Shown piece after piece: positions 51,341-62,853 of a stretch of DNA of 62,853 nucleotides (positions within the stretch are counted from its first letter, which is position 1; the number at the start of each line of letters is the position of its first letter). The translations under genes and the position numbers were made by a program. The stretch is from Octopus bimaculoides (taxonomy: Eukaryota): contig NC_069003.1 in NCBI RefSeq assembly GCF_001194135.2, positions 3,694,587 through 3,757,439 on the forward strand, written 5' to 3'. A model generated the notes under the pieces. It worked only from the letters and a program-made list of their open reading frames with translations. It was not told where the DNA came from and did not search any database.

Positions 51341-52260
51341 ATAAGTATTGAATTTCATATATATACTACGTATACATATTTGTGTTCACATATGTGTGTG
51401 TGTGTGCGTGCTTGTGCGTGTATATGCCTGCGTGTGTATGTGTATGTGAGTGCATGTGTCGTACCCGTGTGGTATACTATGGTGAAAAACATTTAAATCT
51501 CACGAGTCAATGCTAGTTGATGTAAACAATATTCTGCACAGCTGTCGTCTAATGATATCGTTGCTTTCGAGACCCCTGTTCATACTAATCGTTATTCTGA
51601 CCTGTTGTGAACATTATATATTTTTCACCATTCCATATGCTATTTTGTTAATGTCTCTTTCTTCACATCTAAACAATTATACTCTGCAACAAATATAAGG
51701 AAAACCTGTATTACCCAACATACGAAAACCTGGAATTATGATAGTATTAGTTGCCGTTGTGGCCATAATCGATAGTAGATTTTCGTTTTCCTCTTTTTAT
51801 ATAAATTATTGCGTAAATTTTAACTTTCGTTTTTAACATAATGACACGTCTCGAGCAAGATTACGAAAAACTTATGACATTGCTGAAGACCACCCAATGG
51901 GTTGGTCCGTTCTTATGCTTCAATTATGCGTAAAATACATGTTCTACATATGGTGATGTTCGTTTTGTAATAGAAGCACCTTGAATAATGTAACAATGGC
52001 TCGCTTACTTCACTATTTTAGTTTTTGTTTTCCCCCTGTACGTTGTTTACAAATATCGAAAAGCTAGCAATATCTGTAGCTCCAATCTTTTTAGCTGTGC
52101 ACATTTTAAAGTAAAGATATTGATATTTACTTCCAGACATTTTACCGTGGCTCGTAAAAAACAGTTTTTAAAATCTGTATCTGCACCTATGCGCAAGCTT
52201 GAGTATGTAAATTTATCGCTCATATCTTCGTATGCATTTCTGTGTGCGTGCATGTGTGTA

Positions 52261-52313
<53 letters not shown>

Positions 52314-52358
52314 ATACATATATATATATAAATATATTTGTATCTATCTATCTATATA

Positions 52359-52391
<33 letters not shown>

Positions 52392-52401
52392 NNNNNNNNN
52401 N

Positions 52402-52593
52402 GGGAGAATATACAAAAAATAACAACAGACGAGGACAGGTGGTGTAAATAACAAAAGTATATATTAGTATGACGCTCGGGAATACAGAAAGTCTTTGACG
52501 TTTCGAGCTACGCTCTTCAACTGAAAGAATACGGAGACAAGGAGAAAAACACGGAGAAAAAAAATTGAATAGTGTTCAGTCAACGGTCAATCA
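52402..52593 (-). mobile_element. Repeat carrying a hammerhead-like motif, copy 4
   Basis: Minus strand CTTT-CAGTTGAA-GAGC-GTA-GCTC-GAAA-CGTC-AAAG; (TA)n on both sides. Confidence 0.65.
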
Positions 52594-53129
52594 TAATATA
52601 TATATATATATATATATATAAACACGTATATGTGTATGTATGCTAACACACACAGAGACATATATGTGTACGAACGTATATGCAAAACAGTTGCTACAAG
52701 TAAAATATATAAATATATGTATACAGAGGTCTGTTTTTGGGGGTTTTTTTCTTATTGCCTGTTGTTTGTTGTTTTTATTTTATATATTTTTGTTGGGAAA
52801 ATAATTGCTACGAGTGTCATAATTAGTTAAAGTGAACGATTCCAGAGATATATTTTACAGAACAAAAAAGCAAAATTCAACAAAAATAAAAACGTAGTCT
52901 ATTTTGGTGCCGTTGTTTTACATTTTGGTAATACAACTCCCATGTAACCCAACATTGTAGATATGATTTTTTTTTTTTATTATATGTTTGTCTACTTGCT
53001 ATATGTAATGTTTTTACGGTGTTTCAAGCTGATTTCCAATCCTATGCAGAGCTCTGTATGTTTCTATTTCGGTGAGTAAAACAATTAATTATTGGATCCG
53101 GATCAATGCTGGAAACAGAGATTCCTTTC

Positions 53130-53357
53130 TTAACCCGCTAACATCCAGATTACTTTGTCAAGCCTAATGTTTGCTTATTCACATAGTTTTAATTAATCAT
53201 GCATTAACTTATAGACTTGAGGTTTCAATGATGTGATTCTTTATTTTCAGAATGGCATTGTAAGGTAGGTGTGATAGGCTGGACATGACCAGTTTTAATA
53301 TAAAGCCAGTAGGATATTTTTGGCTGTATATGGTATGTTTAAATGATAAAGGATTAA
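53130..53357. mobile_element. ~228-bp non-autonomous element bounded by TTAA, piggyBac-like MITE
   Basis: Left TTAACCCGCTAACAT; right ATGATAAAGGATTAA (reverse complement TTAATCCTTTATCAT); an internal piece recurs at 53510-53548. Confidence 0.55.
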
Positions 53358-53370
53358 CCCTTTACTGCTT

Positions 53371-53495
53371 TACTGCCGCTACGTTCTGAGATCATATTCC
53401 ACCGAGGTTGAATTTGCCTTTCATCATGTCTGGGTCGATTAAATTAAGTACCAGTTACGTAGTGGGGTCGATGTAATCGACTTAATCCCTCCCCC
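53371..53495 (+). mobile_element. SINE family C, partial copy
   Basis: CCGAGGTTGAATTTGCCTTTCATC...AAGTACCAGTT...GGGGTCGATGTAATCGACTTAATCCC. Confidence 0.8.
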
Positions 53496-53921
53496 ACGCC
53501 CACAACCGCATGCATTATCTTACAGCTTTGAGATTTCGATGATGCGAAAGCCCCAGTAAATTGGTAGAAAGGTGAGTGACTGTGGCGAGGATGGATTATG
53601 CGAGGATGGATTACTCTCAACTTTCATGTGTGAACCGGAGGATTTGAGAAGGAGAGAGGCGCCTGCTGAGTTGCATCTGGGGGTCGGGATAACCAGTGAG
53701 TGTGGGGTCCATCGGCTGTCCACATGAGGAACTCCCTCCCACTTTGGGGAAATTTTATTGTTTAATTGTATTGTTAATTGTCATTATTACTTTTTTGTTT
53801 ACCTGATTTTGTGCTAAACCGCACGTGTCGCCAATTTTGTATTGTACCTGTATGTTTTTCTGTCCGGCCCTTGTGGCCAATAAAGAAATGATTATCATTA
53901 TTATTATTAGTAGTAGTAGTG

Positions 53922-53957
<36 letters not shown>

Positions 53958-54375
53958 TAGTAACAGTAGTAGTAGTAGTATGACGTGTTTCCTGTTTGTA
54001 GCCCCTACAGTGAGGCGTCATTGACTTGCGAATGCAAAAAAAAAAAAAACAGAAAAATGGTTTCTTTTAAAATATTTCCGCTAGAGAACCCTCATGAAAT
54101 GCTTCCAGTTATCTGTACCATACTGGGAGAGAACAATTGCCGTTAATTGTTAGTCTTTAGAAATATTATTGTTTGTGTTTTCTTCCAATTTAAAACGGCT
54201 GCTATAGTAACCAGTTACACCACAAAAAAAAAAAAAAAAAAAAACACACACAGATACACACTTACAGAAAATTAAAGACACAGCAACACAATCATTTCAC
54301 TACGTACAGAAAATAATTAACGGTTTTACTGAAAACATTAACTTTGAAATAAAATTTAGTAAAATTTTTGGAAAT

Positions 54376-54560
54376 TACGAGTGCTTTCTGGAAAGTTCCT
54401 GGCTTTAAGTTGTTACGAAAGTCCTGGTTAGATGTTCAACCTTCTGAATTCATTAACAGGGGCTTAGGGAAATTGAACGACCGCTGCAATATGTGTGTGA
54501 ATTTGAGAGGCGAATATTTTGAGGTACCTGTATTTCAAATGGCCACATTTTTCACATTCT
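54376..54560 (+). mobile_element. Internally deleted mariner derivative (left TIR fused to the transposase C-terminus)
   Basis: TA-CGAGTGCTTTCTGGAAAGTTCC TIR-like start, followed by KSWLDVQPSEFINRGLGKLNDRCNMCVNLRGEYFE (cf. mariner FY..GI.KL..RW.KC....GDYFE). Confidence 0.7.
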
Positions 54561-55356
54561 GTGTCTCGCTGAATCTGCATGAAAAGCGCATTAACGGTAC
54601 AAGTCTTTGTGAAACGAACAACCACTTTCACACATACCTATATAATGTAAATCCTTGAATATCGCAGGTGTTACGTTCTAAACCCCACCGCGATAGGTGA
54701 AAATCCGCAAAGTAGAAACAGTACTATGTTGTATATATTTTTAAAATTATTTTTATAATTTGTATATATTTATTTTATTATAAATGCAAAACAACACCAC
54801 AGAGGAATCGATGTAAGCTTAAATAACAGACCACGATATGGTGAAGGATTACTGTATACTCAACGTCAAGAGATGTATATTATGCGACATATAAGAGTAT
54901 AACAATAGACACTAACCATTTAGCTACTGGAATTTCACGTTGCTGATCATGAGACTGAATACGAAGGAAATATATTTGTTCGTTTATGATTTTAAAAATT
55001 CTTTCTCTTTTTGCATCCACGAAAATTATGGACTCAGCTTGGAGCCATGAGTTTATTAGTTAATATCAATTTTTTTTTTCTATATCCACTTTCGTGTTAC
55101 TAAATTTTGTTTTATATCTCAATATATTGAGAAGCCCTTTGGCATTCTGTAGTCACGGTTTATTTTCTGTTTTTTTCTTCCTACTTACACTTTCTTTGTT
55201 TTGTTTTTTTCTTAAGTTTTGAATTACTATTTTTTATAAATATCTTTCTTTTCCTTTCAGATAACTGTAGAATAGTTCTACATATATAATTCCCCTCAAT
55301 TTTATTGTTCATGTTGTTGCTATTGTCCAAATCAACTCAGATGCATGAACAATAAT

Positions 55357-55561
55357 GTTTTCAAATTTTGACGCAAGGCCAGTGATTTCGGGGGTACGTC
55401 GCTCAATCGACCCGAGTGATTTGCTGGTTTTACAGAGTTACTGATTTTATCGACTCCGAAAAGATGAAAGTAAAGTCTACCTCGGCGGAATTTCTACTTA
55501 GACGGACGAAATGCTGCTAAACATTTTCCCCGACTCGCTCAAGATTCTGCTAGCCCGCCGC
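55357..55561 (-). mobile_element. SINE family C, diverged full-length copy
   Basis: TTTTATCGACTCCGAAAAGATGAAAGTAAAGTCTACCTCGGCGGAATTT and head GATTCTGCTAGCCCGCC. Confidence 0.75.
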
Positions 55562-55580
55562 TTTTAGGTCTATAAACAAT

Positions 55581-55750
55581 AATCGTTTCTACTAAAGGAA
55601 CAAGGCCTGAAATCTCGGAGTGGGGGCTCGTCGATTATATCAACCCCAGTGACTAACTGGTACTTATTTCATCGACCGACACCCCAATACTAACTTTCTC
55701 TATCGATCTCGGTGACATTTCGAATAAGAACGTAACGCCGGACGAAATGC
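55581..55750 (-). mobile_element. SINE family C, diverged copy
   Basis: TTTCTACTAAAGGAACAAGGCC tail, CTGGTACTTATTTCATCGAC. Confidence 0.7.
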
Positions 55751-56353
55751 CTGTCGGGATCTTATCCGGTTTTCTAACCATAGAACCATCTTGCCGGCTT
55801 CTCGTTCACATATATTAGTTATGTCTGAAGTTCCATTTCGTTTCTAGCTGTAATATTGGTATGGCTAATTACAGTGGCGACTTATTGAAAATGTTATATT
55901 ATTATTATTCTTGTCTACTTTTGTCTTTTTCGATAAATTAAATTATCAGGCATTTCAGCAGAATAAAATTTCTTCGTAGAATATTATGCAATAAATAAGC
56001 GCATCTATAATAATTCTTTCCTTTTTGCTTCTATTGTACAATGTCTAGTTTATTTATTTGGCAGGGGGTTCTCTGTCAATCCTTCATAGATTTCTAGTAT
56101 GTAATTTCCTTGTTATGTACATACTTGCATATACATACATATATACGTGCGTGCGTGCGTGCGTGCGTGTGCGTGTGCGTGTGTGTATACTTCGTTTTGG
56201 GATTTGGTTTGCAAGAATCTGTATGTGAGTATATATGTATATATATGTATATGTATGTGTGAGTATGCCCGTGCGGGTAGGTGTTGTTGAATATATACCT
56301 ACACATACATTTATACATACACACAGACATTTATATATANNNNNNNNNNNNNN

Positions 56354-56395
<42 letters not shown>

Positions 56396-56583
56396 TATAT
56401 TTATGGATCTAGTCCTCTAACAACATAAACACACACGTATACACACAAACACACATGCTCACACACATACACACACATATATTCTTGCATGCAAAATTGC
56501 ATACATTCAGATATGTATGCATACACTCAGGCGTACATACATACATACTCACACACACACACACATATATATACACACACAGG

Positions 56584-56635
<52 letters not shown>

Positions 56636-57302
56636 NNNNNNNNNNNNNNNNNNNNNNNNNNNNNNNNNNNNNNNNNNNNNNNNNNNNNNNNNNNNNNNNN
56701 NNNNNNNNNNNNNNNNNNNNNNNNNNNNNNNNNNNNNNNNNTGTGTGCTGGTGTGTGTTTGTCGCAGGCACACACTGTAGTCTTCACTTTTGCTTTTTTA
56801 CAATTACCGTAACCTAATTTTCTGCCAAATTCCCTATTGAATTTTCCATGCAGTTTATGTAAGAATGTTTCCAGTCTTTTGCCAATTCTGGTATACATCA
56901 TTTAACGTTGTCCTATAAACACATCTATCACCATCCGGTTTGATTTAGAAAGATGCTTATAAAAGGCACTCCATACGCAGAGTAATTTTTCTAGTGATAC
57001 AAATAGGTTGTTAGGCACGGAGTTGTTAGACACACTTCTTTTGTAGGATTGTTTGTGTATAATTTTATTTTCTGAGCAGTTTCAATCTATTCACGTTGGC
57101 TTTGCAGAGGTATCGACGTGTTGTTGTGTAAGTACTTAGTCCATCATATCAACGCCATTAGTTTTTTCAATTATCTTAAATATTTTATCGTTCTCTGGTT
57201 TATCGAATCGCTGTCTTAAGCTTTATCGCCGCAGCACCGGAGGCGTTAGTTCACATTGCCGAAAATAAATACATGTGGAAGCGGAGATAGATGCGTAAAT
57301 AT

Positions 57303-57378
<76 letters not shown>

Positions 57379-57474
57379 CCATGTATATTTAAATATGAGA
57401 ATATTTTACAGCATTATTCTCAGTCAGACATTATGAAGGTGAGAAATTATCTACAAAAAAACCATTAATAATTT

Positions 57475-57680
57475 TTGTTCCAAATTTTCTGTAAAAGTGC
57501 AGGAAAGTCAAGGGTGGATGTAAATCGATTATATCACGCTCAGTCTTCAATTCATAAATATTGTATAAGTCCAAAAGGATTAAAGTCAAAGTCGACTTCG
57601 ACAGCATTCGAACTCATATCGTGGTGACTTACGAAATGCCGCTAAGCGTTTTGCCCAGAGTGTTGCTACTTGCTTCGGCT
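57475..57680 (-). mobile_element. SINE family C, highly diverged copy
   Basis: AAAGTCAAAGTCGAC...ATTCGAACTC...CGAAATGCCGCTAAGCGTTTTGCCC. Confidence 0.6.
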
Positions 57681-57789
57681 TCTGTATTGTCTGCCAGATC
57701 CTGCTTCGATCTCTATTATATTAGAATTGGTTATGTCACGTCTTGATCTCAGTTTTGCTCAATGCAGAAGAAAAAGTTTCCTTCTTCAA

Positions 57790-58002
57790 CCATACCAGGC
57801 TCTTAAGGGGCGGCTCCCCGGTTTCACGGTGTGTATATTCTCCGCATTGACGGGACGCCGGTCCGTCGAAGGAATAGTCATTTTAACCAGGTGAGGGTAT
57901 TGGAGCAACATGAAATGAAGTGTTTTGCTCAAGAACACAACGCGTCACCCGGTCCAGGAATCGAAACCACAATCTTACGATCATGAGCCACGCGCCTCCA
58001 CT
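57790..58002 (-). mobile_element. SINE family D, near full length (tRNA head, CORE-like centre)
   Basis: Reverse complement AGTGGAGGCGCGTGGCTC...GGTTTCGATTCCTGGACCGGG...GTTGTGTTCTTGAGCAAAACACTT; head resembles that of family A. Confidence 0.75.
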
Positions 58003-58224
58003 TGCTCGTTGCATCATCGCCAAAACTCTTCTCATGGCTTCCTCTTGAGCATCAGCAGGCTTTTGACAAAATATGATGCAGTTTCTCTGCAATATGCAAT
58101 CAGCTAAAAGGAAAATCCGACGAATTTTTTTGTACTTGTTCTTGATCTTTTTATGGATTTACTACATACATATATGCAAGCATACATACATACATGCATA
58201 CATGCAAACATATATATGTAACTA

Positions 58225-58315
58225 AACTCGTGCTGTCGGTGATATTTTCCCTCCTTTGGACGTTTCCTATTTCCCTTTATTCCTTTCCGACGAAGAGGTA
58301 TGGTCGAAACGTCAA
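58225..58315 (+). mobile_element. Repeat carrying a hammerhead-like motif, copy 5 (truncated by N gap)
   Basis: CTTT-CCGACGAA-GAG-GTATG-GTC-GAAA-CGTC-AA at 58283-58315. Confidence 0.5.
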
Positions 58316-59649
58316 NNNNNNNNNNNNNNNNNNNNNNNNNNNNNNNNNNNNNNNNNNNNNNNNNNNNNNNNNNNNNNNNNNNNNNNNNNNNNNNNNNNNN
58401 NNNNNNNNNNNNNNNNNNNNNNNNNNNNNNNNNNNNNNNNNNNNNNNNNNNNNNNNNNNNNNNNNNNNNNNNNNNNNNNNNNNNNNNNNNNNNNNNNNNN
58501 NNNNNNNNNNNNNNNNNNNNNNNNNNNNNNNNNNNNNNNNNNNNNNNNNNNNNNNNNNNNNNNNNNNNNNNNNNNNNNNNNNNNNNNNNNNNNNNNNNNN
58601 NNNNNNNNNNNNNNNNNNNNNNNNNNNNNNNNNNNNNNNNNNNNNNNNNNNNNNNNNNNNNNNNNNNNNNNNNNNNNNNNNNNNNNNNNNNNNNNNNNNN
58701 NNNNNNNNNNNNNNNNNNNNNNNNNNNNNNNNNNNNNNNNNNNNNNNNNNNNNNNNNNNNNNNNNNNNNNNNNNNNNNNNNNNNNNNNNNNNNNNNNNNN
58801 NNNNNNNNNNNNNNNNNNNNNNNNNNNNNNNNNNNNNNNNNNNNNNNNNNNNNNNNNNNNNNNNNNNNNNNNNNNNNNNNNNNNNNNNNNNNNNNNNNNN
58901 NNNNNNCATATATATATATACATATATATATACATATATAGACACACACGCACACACACGAGTACACATACAATTATTTCGTCGGAGATTATCGGGATAT
59001 ACATATATCAATCGAGCATGTGTCTATATCATAAGGCAAGTTATCAAGAAACGCCAGCATGATTTGTTGCCTATGCTGATACTCTAATATCCGAGCGTAG
59101 GTAGGCAATACCTATACTGACATAATTATTGCCAGTTTATGCTCACCATGTGATAGTAAACAGCAACACGTTGCCAAAATGTATACATTCGTATAGCTGT
59201 GGAGATTGACGCGCAGTCGTACAACGTATGAAACAAGACAATACAAAGGAACGTGTGGGATTGTGCGTGCGTATGAGCGTGTACTGTATATGCATGTATG
59301 TGTGCGTATGCATGTGTTTATACTTCTATACATACATATATATATATATATATGTGTGTGTATATATATATATATATATATGTATACATGTATATATATA
59401 TATATATATACATTTTATGTATACATATATATATGCATATATATACGTACTTATGCAGTGAGAGGGAGTGTACAATCGAACAAGAGACAGACGGACAGAC
59501 AGACAGATAAATAGATAGATGGATAACTAGAGAATGAGAGTAAGAGTTATATAGAGAGATACGTATGCACAGACATGCATATAAGCATACATATACATAA
59601 ATCTATATCTTATATAGATTTACTTATAAGGACACATACAATAATGTGC

Positions 59650-59682
<33 letters not shown>

Positions 59683-59727
59683 TATACAGATACGCATATA
59701 TGTGTGTGCCTATGGGGTGTGTGTATT

Positions 59728-59759
<32 letters not shown>

Positions 59760-60337
59760 TGTAGGAATGTGTTCATATATTCGTTTTTCCGTCTTTTGTG
59801 CCTAGAAGTGCATGTATGCCCATCTCTATGTCAGTTTATATAGGTGCACACGGACACAATTTCACAAACACATACAACTTAAAACACACACACACAAACA
59901 CACACACAGACACACGCACAAATATGCATCTACTCCTTCGCCCATCCTGAACTTCCTACGTTTTTCCAATCAGTAACTCCGAGTAGGTGAAGATGGAGAC
60001 GAGGCGCTGTTATGGTTGACACATACACAAAGACACACACGTATGTTGCTGTTTACTATACAATGGCAAAATCTCTATCGATTTATCTATTTCTATATTG
60101 AAAGCACGAGCTATTCCAATTTACAAGATATTATCACAAGTTCTTTCGAGGAAATTGGTAAATAATATTTTATTCCAAGAAAAGCGACATTGTCTTCTTT
60201 TCACAGAAGGCTTCCTGCAGTTATCCTTAGTTTGGCAAAACTTTCTATGGAATTTCGATTTTGATGACTGTGTCGGGAGTAACAATAAAAAGAAATAACA
60301 GAAGAAGCAGTCAATGGAAGATATATATGTGTGTGTC

Positions 60338-60398
<61 letters not shown>

Positions 60399-60672
60399 NN
60401 NNNNNNNNNNNNNNNNNNNNNNNNNNNNNNNNNNNNNNNNNNNNNNNNNNNNNNNNNNNNNNNNNNNNNNNNNNNNNNNNNNNNNNNNNNNNNNNNNNNN
60501 NNNNNNNNNNNNNNNNNNNNNNNNNNNNNNNNNNNNNNNNNNNNNNNNNNNNNNNNNNNNNNNNNNNNNNNNNNNNNNNNNNNNNNNNNNNNNNNNNNNN
60601 NNNNNNNNNNNNNNNNNNNNNNNNNNNNNNNNNNNNNNATATATAAATACATCTACACAGCCGTACTGAATG

Positions 60673-60715
<43 letters not shown>

Positions 60716-60903
60716 CGTTTGTTTTTCTGTATACGGTCCCACACACATCGTCTTTGATATATATATATATATATATATATAGATATATATATATATATAT
60801 AGTGTGTGTATGTACGTATGTATGTATAAAATATGTTCGCGTAAGTGTGTGTCTACTTCTGCGTGTGTGTGTGTGTTTCTGTAATATATGCTTGTAAATA
60901 ATG

Positions 60904-60934
<31 letters not shown>

Positions 60935-61968
60935 CTGATTGATGAATAAAGAGTGATGTTAGCGATCGAACTCATTGTATGACGTATTATATTTCACACA
61001 GAAAATGAAATTAAACATAAACAGTTTTTTTCCCTATTCAAAACGTTTGGATGCTTATTGGGTTTTTTTCTCCCCCACTTTCGACTTGTGTTTGTATATT
61101 TTTACAACATGAGAGAAGGAGATATATGCCAAACAAGGAATAGATCTGTGATTAGAATTTACACAGAATCAAACAGTTTTCCCTGTACTTCTATGCACAT
61201 GCATACATTTGTGCACGCCCCTATGCATCTTATTGCAAATGTAGATCTGTAAGATTCGGCGTATGTTGTGCCTATACTAGGTTGTCGGTTGGCCGATTCG
61301 CCAATGCCTGAGGGGAATGCTGCGTGGTATTTTCCCCACATCATAGATCTGTGAGTTCGAATACTACAAGGCCATCTTCTTCCTTTAAAGGTTGAAGGAA
61401 GTAGAGATCCATTGGTGGTGCAACATAAATAAAAACATAAATAAATGCATAAAACAATACATAAATAAATACATATGAATATATTAATCAAAGGACGTAG
61501 TATGTGTATCTCCCTGCTGGAAATAAGAGTCAAATTCCTATTCAAATTGGCAAAAATACTAATAACTACAGAAAGCAACTGTCCGAAGACAAACGGGCTA
61601 AGACAATCTGTCAGCATACATTCAACTATTTGGACTCTGGATGGGCATAATAGCCTCATCATCTTCAATACACGTTTCCATGATAGAGAGCCCCAACCTG
61701 TGACGTTGAAGTCTGTACTGCAACTGGTTCATTTTTATATGCGTATATCCATGCATATATATATATATATTCACACGCATACATACACACACACACACAC
61801 ACACGTATGCACACGTACACACATACATATATAAGTTGGTAGTCAAATATTCATGTGTACATGTCCATATAATTTTATACATTTATATACATACGGAAAC
61901 ATATTTATGGATATATGTATTTGTGTGAGCATATATATATATACATATGTGTGTGTGTGTGTGTGAAC

Positions 61969-62014
<46 letters not shown>

Positions 62015-62279
62015 GAGTGTGTTTCTTTCTGGGTATGTCCGTCATCTAAAACCGAAGCAAAAGTACATACTCATTCGTACCGAAAATGAAAGCAAGAACT
62101 TAGCTGTTATAATAACAACAAAGAAATCTAACAAATGAATCGCTGATACAAGATCAATGTCTTCTGGGACATTCTTTGTTATATTCAATTGAATATATTG
62201 ATTAGCTTGACTGGACCGTACTTAAATCTTTTCAAAGAATTCCGAATTACCAACGCCGTTGGCACCAGCAGAAGCTACG

Positions 62280-62420
62280 GCATCGGCACCACTAGTACGA
62301 CTAGTAGCACCAGCTCCACCAACACCAGCACTATTACCACCACCACCACCACCACTACCTGCAACACCGCCACCACCACATCCACCGCCGCCGCCACAAT
62401 CACTACCATCCCCATCATGA
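62280..62420. repeat. (CAC/CAG/TAC)n trinucleotide tract
   Basis: Directly visible; produces the poly-T part of ORF 62189-62728. Confidence 0.93.
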
Positions 62421-62602
62421 CGTTCGTAATAGACCCAAGAGCCACTTTCACCCTATTTTCGGTAACAGCAACTAAATCGACACCAATGTCCCCACCGTCA
62501 GAATATTACGAGGGGGTCTTGTACAGTTCCTGCCATGAAGGGTGCCGCGGAAGTCCCGTGAGAATGAATGGTATGTTGATCTCCGCGTCATTTGCCCCAA
62601 CA

Positions 62603-62800
62603 GTTAAAAAATGTGGCCGTCTCAACTGTGAGACCTGCATCAACTTTATCGAAGACAACATACAAATTCAAATCAGGACAGGCTTTTACCATAAAGAAAT
62701 CACTTTACATGTTCTTCAACGAATTTAATATACGTTATCAAAATCAAGAATTTATTGAAGATTACATAGGTCAAACAAAGCTTAACTATTCTCAGTGCAC
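62603..62800 (+). mobile_element. Penelope-like element GIY-YIG endonuclease remnant
   Basis: KKCGRLNCETC, then in shifted frames FTCSSTNLIYVIK (62704-62742) and EDYIGQT (62757-62777), matching the PLE CxxxxCxxC...TC.S.NLIY.I.C..C...YIGQT signature. Confidence 0.75.
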
Positions 62801-62821
62801 TTTCAAATTCTATTCCCCCCC

Positions 62822-62853
<32 letters not shown>

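Noticed and set aside
53050-53270. Possible micro-exons (CAG...GTGAGT at 53056-53086; TTCAG...GTAGGT at 53246-53270)
   Set aside because: The second lies inside a MITE; such short splice-like matches are expected by chance without transcript evidence.
61470-61700. TFNYLDS resembling the RT FKYLGS motif
   Set aside because: A single weak motif with no upstream YADD in frame.
62189-62728. 179-aa Thr-rich, mucin-like ORF
   Set aside because: A chance fusion of a (CAC)n tract, a TIR-like stretch and a Penelope fragment.

Overview
AT-rich, repeat-saturated eukaryotic non-coding DNA with no convincing host exon, RNA gene or intact ORF; almost every ORF in the track is a translated microsatellite or runs through one of about 23 N gaps (roughly 6 kb in total). 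The (TA)n/(CA)n/(TATC)n/(AAT)n density and the tRNA-derived SINE families suggest a coleoid cephalopod, probably an Octopus draft assembly (inference from recalled consensus shapes, no search run). Contents: about 25 SINE copies in five families; decayed R4/Dong-like non-LTR fragments (RT, CCHC finger, endonuclease end); several Tc1/mariner remnants including a DD37D fragment; a probable hAT remnant; piggyBac-like and Harbinger-like MITEs; a fold-back element; minisatellites; and a Penelope-type GIY-YIG fragment. The best lead is a five-copy, ~170-210 bp repeat, mostly next to (TA)n, carrying a minimal hammerhead-ribozyme-like motif, i.e. a candidate Penelope-terminal-repeat or retrozyme-like family. 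Boundaries of diverged repeats are estimated by eye.
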